In this document: piece after piece, positions 1-10,400 of the stretch | How positions within the stretch are numbered: position 1 is the stretch's first letter | Layout: every line of letters begins with the position of its first letter | Origin: Erysipelothrix larvae | GTDB lineage: Bacteria > Bacillota_I > Bacilli_A > Erysipelotrichales > Erysipelotrichaceae | Length of the DNA stretch: 32,000 bases | Assembly (NCBI RefSeq): GCF_001545095.1 | Contig: NZ_CP013213.1 | Location: forward strand, 450,001 to 482,000 | Direction: 5' to 3' | Program-made: the position numbers and the translations under genes | Notes under the pieces: model-generated | Database searches by the model: none | The model's input: only the letters and a program-made list of their open reading frames with translations | Told to the model about the DNA's origin: nothing

Positions 1-1490
1 TCAACGGGTGCTGTATGGTCTTGGGGGTACAATGCTGATGGAAACTCAGGATTTGGTCCAGATGTACCTGCGTATGCAGGAGGAATGAAACGAATTCCTT
101 ATTTCGTTGATAACAACATCAATGTAATCCAAATAGACTCAGCGTACCATACAAGTTATGCACTTGATGATCAAGGGAATATGTATGCTTGGGGAAATGG
201 TACACAAGGACAAATTGGGAATGGTGCCAATACAGGAACAAACCCTACACCAACCCGCGTGAACATTAACAAAAAAATTACAAAAATGTACGCTGGTCAC
301 GGTGAAATCACAAACTCTGTGCTTGCACTCGACGTGGATGGCGATATTTGGGCATGGGGATATAACCCAGGTGGCAGAATCGGAGTTAGTGGTCCTGCTT
401 ATTCAAATACTCCAAAGGTTATACAAGTACCTGGAGGCGTAAAATTTAAGGATATCGCAGTTGGATCAAGTGCATTTTTAGCTATCTCAACAGACGGTGA
501 GCTTTATAGTTGGGGAAATGACACACATGGTGCTTTAGGCCGTGGTACTACCGCCGGAACTGTAACAACTCCAACATTAGTTCCACGTCCAGCAGGCATG
601 GAAAAAGTTAAGCAAATTTCAATATGCTATAGCATGGTTGTGGCACTTGATGAAAAAAATCAAGTGTGGCAATGGGGTGCACTTTATGGTAGAGGTACAG
701 CTACAGGTCATGTTGATAACACATCTACACCAATTCAACTTACAATCAGTGCAGCTGAAATCAGTGATTATGGCTATACTCCGATTCCAACTAAAGTTTT
801 TGCTGGGGAAAGTGTAAGCTACTTTGTTGATCAATACGGTCGTCCATGGGCTTGGGGAGATGGACGGTATTTTGGCTTTGGTCGTGAAGGTGGTTATGAA
901 GATGCAAATAGCCAATTAGTAAAAGAAGCTGAACAATGGCCAAAAGTTATTGGTGATGGGGACACTCAGATTTATGACAGACGTGACAAACTTCCAATGT
1001 ACTTAAGTGATCCAGCAAACCCTAGTGGGGTATCTCGTAATACGTATGGCGGATATAGTGGTATTAATGCATTACATCCAACAATTTACGATGAAAAATA
1101 CATGCTGAAAGATCAAAATGGAGAAATCCTTGACATAAACGGGACAATATTAAAATATCAATCGTCAAACGGAAGCGGACGTGTCCGTGGATTCTACTAT
1201 AAAGTTGATGCTTCAGGTACGATTACCAACGAAGTCGGACTTCCTGCGACAGATCCAGAAGAATCAATCTGGATTGACTTAGCACTTAAGGATATTCCTT
1301 CTGTTGTAAGTATCACGACATCACGTTCAAGCTATACATTGCTTGATAAAGATGGAAACATCTATAAGTGGGGAAATGATGGCTCTGGCTCAATTGCTTG
1401 GGGTTGGGATTATGATCCAAAATATGATCAAAACGGTAGTTTGGAGCGAGGTCTTTATGACCGTTACTCATATGAAGTTATTTATATGCG
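1..1490 (+). other. RCC1-like beta-propeller repeat region of the giant protein
   Basis: Seven blade signatures of the form hydrophobic-W-x-WG-x-[NG]-x-x-G-x-[LI]G: AVWSWGYNADGNSGFG, MYAWGNGTQGQIGNG, IWAWGYNPGGRIGV, LYSWGNDTHGALGRG, VWQWGALYGRG, PWAWGDGRYFGFG, IYKWGNDGSGSIAWG. About 150 aa are inserted between the sixth and seventh blade. Confidence 0.75.
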
Positions 1491-4400
1491 TGGCGCACCT
1501 ACAGTGGACCCAATAGACTTAGAAATAGAAAAACCGACCAGTAAAATTTACTTAACGGGAGCAGCTACTGATAAGGATACAATTGAGATTAAAGCAACGC
1601 TACCAGCTAGTTATACAAGCAATTCGATGAATATCATAATCACACCGCAATTAAACTACATGAAATATGTCATTATTCCTTATGATGAGTCAAATCCTGA
1701 TTTCAATGTAAAGAATATCGATGTTGATACATTTAATGCGTTGTATGCGAAGTCTGCTTATAAGAGCGGAACGCTCGTTGATACACCAATCAAGGCAGAC
1801 ACTGCAGAACAAGTCGTTACAAAAACAGTGGATGTCACTGAAAATTCACGCGTTATCGTAATGATTGAAGATGTCGCATATGGCCGTAAATTGAATACTG
1901 TTGCATCATACATCGCTACGAACTTCTATACACCAACCGATATTTTCCAAACAGGACTTGGTGATAAAGAAGATGGTACTTTTGAGGTGCTTTATGCAAA
2001 AACACAAGATCAAGTTGATAAAGCGGATACTCCGTACGACAACGTTGATTTAGTAGGGATTCCACTTGATGCAAAAGGTCAAGTTATTAATAATCCAACA
2101 TTTGGGTATGATGGTGTAAAGATTACTGCAATCAAACCACTACCAAATAATGAAGATATTTACTGGAATCTAAAAGCAACAGAAGTGAATCCATTAGATA
2201 TCATCTTAAATGATGTGAAATACATGAACAATCGCGAATATATTCATGAGTTCTTCTACGAACGGAATATGGATAATTGGGCTTACATCACCTATGAAGG
2301 TGTTGATGTTGATACCAATCAACCAGTTCCTGGATTCAAAATGGATGTGGATAATCCAGAGCTTGTGAAGAAATACATCGAGATTGCTCGTACAGCACCA
2401 ACAATCACAGATTATGAGATGGTTGGTTACTATATCAACGATGGTACGACACTGTATGACTTAGATTCAAGTAATCAAGCTGTCTTTACACCTGATAAAG
2501 ATACGAAGATTACCTTCGTTTATGGACAGCCAAAATTCAGCGGAAACAAAGCTGTAAGTGATGCAAATGGTGATGGTTTCGCTTCACCAGGCGAAACATT
2601 AACCTATGTATTAACGGCTAAAAATGACAGCAATTTCAATGCGAAAAATGTGGTTATTCAAGATGAATTCAAAGAACTACTCAATCACATTAATGACCCA
2701 CGTGGAAACGCACTTGTTATGGATGTCGATGGCGTTAAGACAAATCTAACGGTTGAAAACCTTATGAATGGTATCACAACAGATATCAAAGCAAATGGGA
2801 CAGTAACCTTCACATTCTCAGTAACGGTTAAATCTACACTGGATACGAATGCAGTGGATAAACTTGAAAATACCGCAACGATTAAAGATACACCAATTAC
2901 GGTTGATATTCCTACGGGTGTTGCAATCTTAAGTGGTTTAAAAGAGGTTACGGATACAGATGGTGATAAGATTGCCTCACCAGGTGAAGCAATTGAATAC
3001 AAGATTTCTGTTTCAAATAACGGAACTGCAACTGCAAGTGATGTCTTAATCCAAGATACACTCGCAAGCGTATTAGGATATGTAGATGCACCATATGCAA
3101 ACCAAGTAGTCATTGACGACAATGGCAGTAAAACATATGCAACGGTCCAAGACTTAATCAATGGACTTTATGTAGATGTTAAAGCAGGACAAACAGTGAC
3201 TGTTACCTTTAAAGTTACCCTACTTTCTACATTGGATGTTAAAGCAGTAACGTCAATTGATAACAGTGTAAAAATTAATGACGTGCCTTACGATGCAAGT
3301 ATTCCAACTGGAAAAGCAAACTTAGTATCAAGTAAGACAGTTACCGATGCGGATCTTGATGGATTTGCATCACCAGGCGAAGTGCTATCATACTTAATTA
3401 AAATAACAAATGATGGTTCTGTAGCTGCTACAAATGTCGAAGTTAAAGATACACTTGATACACTCATTTCACAAATTAAGAGTACAAATGTGACCGTAAG
3501 TATCAAGGTTGGAAACTCAGTTACTGTGACACCACTGTCTGAGCTACAAAAAGGATTCAACATCGATATTCCAGCAAATACAACTGCGGAAATTTCATTC
3601 AATGTTACCTTAATTGATACACTTGATGTTGATAATGTGAAATTTGTTGAGAATAAAGCGACAATCAATGGTCAACCTGTTGAAGAAAAAATTCCAACGG
3701 GTAAATCAAATCTTATCATTGATAAAGTTGTGAAAGATGCAAACAACGATGGTTTCGCATCACCAAATGAAAAACTCAACTATACAATCACTGTTCAAAA
3801 CAGCGGTGATGTTGCAGCGAAAAATGTACAAATCACAGATAAACTCGCAGGGGTTGAACCCTATATTAAAAATGCTTCATCGGTAATTGTACGTGTTTCC
3901 AATGGGCTTACGACGCAAGACACTTCGTTAAGTGATCTTCAAGCAGGATTAACCTTGAATATCGCAGCGAAAGAGACAGTTACAATCGAATTCACGGTTG
4001 AACTCATTTCTAATCTTGATGTTAAAAATGTGACTGCAATTGAAAATGTTGTGACAGTTGATGGAACAGACAAGAAAGTTGTGATTCCAACAGGTGGAGA
4101 AGATGTCGTTGCATCGAAATCCGTAGTTGATAGTGATGGAGATGGCTTTGCTTCACCAGGCGAAAGAATCTATTACAGAATTGAAATTGTAAACAACGGG
4201 TCTGTAAAAGCCACTGATATTGTTATAAACGATTTACTAAGCGAAATCAAAAACTATGTCGTTGCTCCAGAATCTGAAGCTCTTTTGATTGAGGTCAACG
4301 GTTCTCAATCAAATGCAAATGTTCAAGCACTTATGAATGGTATGTCTGTTGATATTGAACCGAATGGAATGGTCGTATTGACCTTTGGACTTACCGTTAA

Positions 4401-7400
4401 GCCAGACCTTGATGTAAAAAATGTACCGGTTCTAAAAAACGTTGCATTTATTAACAATAAAGATGTTGATACAACAATTCCTACAGGGGATAGTAGTATT
4501 ACAGATCTTAAAAAAGAAGTAAAAGATGCGAATGGTGATGGTTTTGCTCAACCAGGTGAAGAACTTTCTTACACAATTTCTGCGAAGAATACAGGTAAAG
4601 TTGAGAAGAAGGATCTGATAATCCAAGATGAGCTAACAGAAGTATTAAAATATGTTGAGGATACCTCAAATGTAAGTGTAACCTTGACAAATGGAACATC
4701 TGTTACAACACATAGCATTCAAGATCTTGTTAACGGTCTCAAAATGTCACTGGGCGCTGGGAATAGTGCAACGGTAACCTTCACCGTTAAGGTCAAAAGT
4801 AATCTTGATGTGAGCTCAGTTAGCAAGATTGAAAACATCGCAACAATCGACGGAACACAAGTTCCAGAAGAAATTCCAACAGGTAATAAAAACCTATCAA
4901 ATTCAAATAAAGCTGTAAGTGATGCAAATGGTAACGGTTATGCTGAACCAAATGAAGAACTTACATATGTAATTACCGTTGTCAATGATGGTGATGTTGC
5001 AGCGAAAGGAATTGTTGTACAAGATGAACTTACGGAAGTCTTACAACATGTGAATGATCCAAAAGCTTCAACTGTAACAATCGTTAATAATGGTGTGCCA
5101 TCCGATAAGACAGTCCAAGATCTTATAAATGGAATCACATTGGATGTAGATGCACATTCAACTGCAACCCTGACATTCAAAGTTACCGTTAAGGGTGACC
5201 TCGATGTGAGTCAAGTAAATATGATTCGAAACATCGCAGTGATTGATGGAACACCAACTCCAATAGAAATTCCAACAGGAGACAAAGATCTATCGACATC
5301 AACGAAGACTGTTCAAGACTCTGATGGCGATGGACTTGCAGCTCCACAAGAGGATCTACACTATACCTTGAGTGTAAACAATACAGGGAATGTAGAGGCG
5401 AAGGACGTTCTTGTTAAGGATGAACTTACGAATGTATTGAAATATGTTAACAACCCTCGTGGTTCAAACATTACAATCACAGCAAATGGTGTGTCTTCAA
5501 CGGCTACCGTTCAAGATCTCATCAATGGCATCACCTTAGATGTTGCTGCAAATTCAACAACAACCATTGAATTCACGGTCACAGTGGATCAAAACCTTGA
5601 TGTTGCAAATGTTCCTGTAATTGAAAATACAGCCGAAATTGGCAACATGGTTGTGAACGCTTCAATTAATACCGGTAAGAGCGATTTAGCACTTACAAAA
5701 GATGCAGTGGATGCAAACAATGATGGGTTTGTATCGCCAAGTGAAGATCTAACCTATACAATCACTGCAGTTAATAATGGTGATGTTGATGCGAAAGATG
5801 TCTTTGTAAAAGATACACTCTTCAACTTACTACCAAACATCAAAGATATTTCAATGATTGAAGTTGAACTTAACAATGGTGGTCAAATTACCAACATTCC
5901 ACTACAAAACTTAGTGGATGGATTCAACATTGACATTAAAGCGAAAGAAACCCTTGTTCTAACATTTACAGTTACTGCAATTGACACATTAGATGTGAAT
6001 GCAGTGCCTTACTTTGAAAACAAGGTAACATTCGATAACCAAGATGCAACCAAGACAATCCCAACAGGTGATTCAAGCTTGACTGCGTTTAATAAGGATG
6101 TTAAAGATGCAAACAATGATGGATTTGCTTCACCAGGTGAAACATTAACCTATACAATTAGTGTTAACAATTCAGGTGCGGTAACGAAGAAAGATGTCAT
6201 CATTCTAGACGAACTCACTGAAGTGTTACAACATGTTATGGATACTTCATCAACAACCGTAACACTCACCAATGGAACAAGTGTTTCAACACATACAATT
6301 ACTGAACTCGTGAATGGTATTAAATTTGACTTACAAGCAGGTGATACTGCAACCGTAACATTCAGTGTTAGCGTGAAATCAGACCTTGATGTAGATCTAG
6401 TAGATATGATTCGAAACATAGCAGTGATTGATGGAACATCAACTCCAAAAGAAATTCCAACAGGAGACAAAAATCTCTCAACATCAACGAAATCTGTAAC
6501 AGACGAAAATGGTGATGGTATTGCTGCTGCTTCTGAAGAACTCACCTATACACTTACCGCAATTAATACCGGTAAAGTTAAAGCGAAAGACATTGTAATA
6601 CAAGATGAGCTCAAAGACGTATTAAAACACGTTGACGATCCACGCGGATCCATCGTAGAAATCGATAACAATGGCACGAAGTCACAAGCTACAGTACAAG
6701 ACTTGATGAATGGTATCGTCTTTGATCTTGATGTTGGTGCGACAGCTACCTTCACATTCAAGGTGAAAGTAATTGCGACTTTGGATACTGGAAATGTTAA
6801 AGCAATCGCAAATACCGCAACCATTGATAAAGTTCCAGTGGATACAACCATCCCAACAGGGGCTGAATATATCGTTGCAACAAAACAAGTTGTTGATGCA
6901 AGCGGTGATGGCATTGCGTCTCCATCTGAAGTACTTACGTATACAATCTCTGTAATGAATCAGGGAACTACGCCATCAACTGAAAAGATCATCGATGAAT
7001 TAGTGGATGTCTTGAAATATGTTGAAGACCCACGAAATCAAACAGTAACAATCAAGGAAAACGGTGTAATTACCGGTCAAACTACAGTTCAAAACCTAAT
7101 CGATGGGTTTAACCTCACGATTGACCCAGGTGACCGTTATGATTATTCATTTGATGTAACGGTAAGAAGTGATCTTGATGTTAATAACGTATCTATGATT
7201 TCTAATACCGTATTTGTGTCAGGGGTACCTACAACTGCATCAATTCCAACGGGTGATGTTGACCTTTCAACATCAGACAAAGTGGTAAGTGATGCAAATG
7301 GTAATGGATATGCTGAAGCAAACGAAACACTTACCTATAAGATCATCGCTAAGAATACGGGTAAAGTGGATGCAAAAGGTATCGTTATCCAAGATGAACT

Positions 7401-10400
7401 GAAGGACGTATTGAATCATGTGAATGATCCAAAAGCAACGCCTATTCTAGTGGGTGTTAATAATATTGTGATGCCATCAGCGTATACAGTCCAAGATCTG
7501 ATCAATGGTATCACACTTGATGTTGATGCAGGATCAACTGTTGAACTTTACTTTGATGTAACAGTTATATCAACCTTGGATGTTTCTTTAGTTGACAAAA
7601 TTAAAAATACAGCAACAATCGGTAAAGAAGACGTGACTGTAATCATTCCAACTGCTGAAGGAAACCTTACAGATCTAGACAAGAAAGTTGTTGATGAAAA
7701 CCAAAATGGCTATGCAGAAAAAGGTGAAACACTTACCTATACAATTACTGCGAAAAACTCAGGAATCGTAACTGCGAAAGATGTCATGATTAAAGACGAA
7801 CTCACTGATGTGTTGCAACATGTAGAGGATACAAGTAATGTCACTGTAACACTTACAAACGGATCCGTTGTCACAACGCATTCGATTAGTGACCTCGTAA
7901 ATGGCATCATCTTCGATATAAATCCAAACGATACTGCGACAATTACTTTCACAGTTAAAGTTAAAGCAGATCTCGATGTTTCATTAGTAACAAAAATTGT
8001 GAACATCGCGACAATCAATAACGTACCAACTCCTTCAGAAATTCCAACAGGTGATGGTACACTCACAGATATCGATAAGACGGTTAAGGATGCAAATGGT
8101 AATGGCTTTGCTGAACCAGGCGAAGATTTAACCTATGAAATGAAAGTGACCAATTCAGGAGCGGTAACAGCAAATGACTTGGAAATCAAAGATGAGCTAT
8201 TGGATGTACTCAACCATATTGAAGATCCAAGCAATGTATCTGTAGTATTGACAAATGATACACATACATCAACCCATACAATTCAAGAACTGATTGCAGG
8301 AATTCACTTCAATCTTGACGCAGGTAAAACAGCAACTGTAACATTTACAGTACGTGTTAAATCAACACTCGATGTATCACTTGTTGACAATATTTTGAAT
8401 ACTGCAACAATTGGTGGCGTTGATGTCGATGAGAAGATTCCAACGGGTGATAAAGACCTTACAACATCAACCAAATCCGTAGACGATGCAAATCATGATG
8501 GAATTGCTTCACCAAATGAAGTTCTTACCTATACAATCACTGCTATCAATAGTGGAAAAGTTGAAGCGAAAGGCATCGTAATCCAAGATGAACTCATTGA
8601 AGTACTTAAACATGTTAACGATCCACGCGCATCAATCGTAGAAATCGATAACAATGGTACGAAGACTCAAGCAACCGTTCAAGACTTAATCAATGGTATT
8701 ACCATCGATCTTGCAGCAGGCGCTAACGCAACCTTTACATTCAAAGTAACCGTACTTGGAACACTAAATGTAGGTCTCGTGAAAGAAATTGCGAATAAAG
8801 CAACCGTTGATGGCGTTGAAGTTATTAAGACAATCCCAACCGGTGATACTGATCTCTTGATTGGTAAAACTGTTGTTGATGAAAACACAAACAGATTTGC
8901 AGAACCAGGAGAAAAACTTACATATACCATCTTTGCAACAAACAATGGTAAAGTGGAAGCGAAGAACTTCACGATTAAAGATGAACTTGCAGGCGTTTTA
9001 GGACATATTCAAAATCCAAATAATGTCTCTGTAACATTAACCGTTGGATCAACTACCTCAATTCATACACTTGCTGAACTCATGAATGGATTGACATTTG
9101 ATTTAGGTGCAAATGAAAGTGCATCCGTCGTATTTACCGTAACGTTGTTAGATACATTGGATGTAGAACAAGTACAATTTATCCTTAACACTGCAACAAT
9201 TGGTGGCACCGATGTCGAAGAGAAGATCCCAACCGGTGATAAAGACCTATCAACTTCATTCAAATCAGTGAGTGATGCAAATGGTAACAATACAGCTGAA
9301 CCAGGTGAAGAACTTACCTACACAATCACTGCAATTAATATCGGAAAAGTTGAAGCGAAAGGCATCGTAATCCAAGATAAACTCAGCGAAGTACTTAAAC
9401 ATGTTAACGATCCACGCGCATCAATCGTAGAAATCGATAACAATGGAACGAAAACACAAGCAACCGTGCAAGACTTAATCAATGGTATCACCATCGATCT
9501 TGCAGCAGGTGCAACTGCTACCTTCACATTCAAAGTAACCGTACTTGGAACCCTTGATGTAGATTTCGTGAAAGAAATTGCGAATAAAGCGACAATTGGT
9601 GGCGAGGATGTCGAAGAGAAGATCCCAACCGGTGATAAAGACCTATCAACTTCATTCAAATCAGTGAGTGATGCAAATGGTAACAATACAGCTGAACCAG
9701 GTGAAGAACTTACCTATACAATTCATGCTGTTAATACCGGAAAAGTTGAAGCCAAAGGCATCGTAATCCAAGATAAACTCAGCGAAGTACTTAAACATGT
9801 TAACGATCCACGCGCATCAATCGTAGAAATCGATAACAATGGTACGAAGACACAAGCAACCGTGCAAGACTTAATCAATGGTATTACCATCGATCTTGCA
9901 GCAGGCGCAACTGCTACCTTTACATTCAAGGTAACCGTACTTGGAACCCTTGATGTAGATTTCGTGAAAGAAATTGCGAATAAAGCGACAATTGGTGGCG
10001 AGGATGTCGAAGAGAAGATCCCAACCGGTGATAAAGACCTATCAACTTCATTCAAATCAGTGAGTGATGCAAATGGTAACAATCAAGCTGAACCAGGTGA
10101 AGAACTTACCTATACAATTCATGCAATTAATACCGGAAAAGTTGAAGCCAAAGGCATCGTAATCCAAGATAAACTCAGCGAAGTACTTAAACATGTTAAC
10201 GATCCACGCGCATCAATCGTAGAAATCGATAACAATGGTACGAAGATACAAGCAACCGTGCAAGACTTAATCAATGGTATCACCATCGATCTTGCAGCAG
10301 GCGCAACTGCTACCTTCACATTCAAAGTAACCGTACTTGGAACCCTTGATGTAGATTTCGTGAAAGAAATTGCGAATAAAGCGACAATTGGTGGCGAGGA

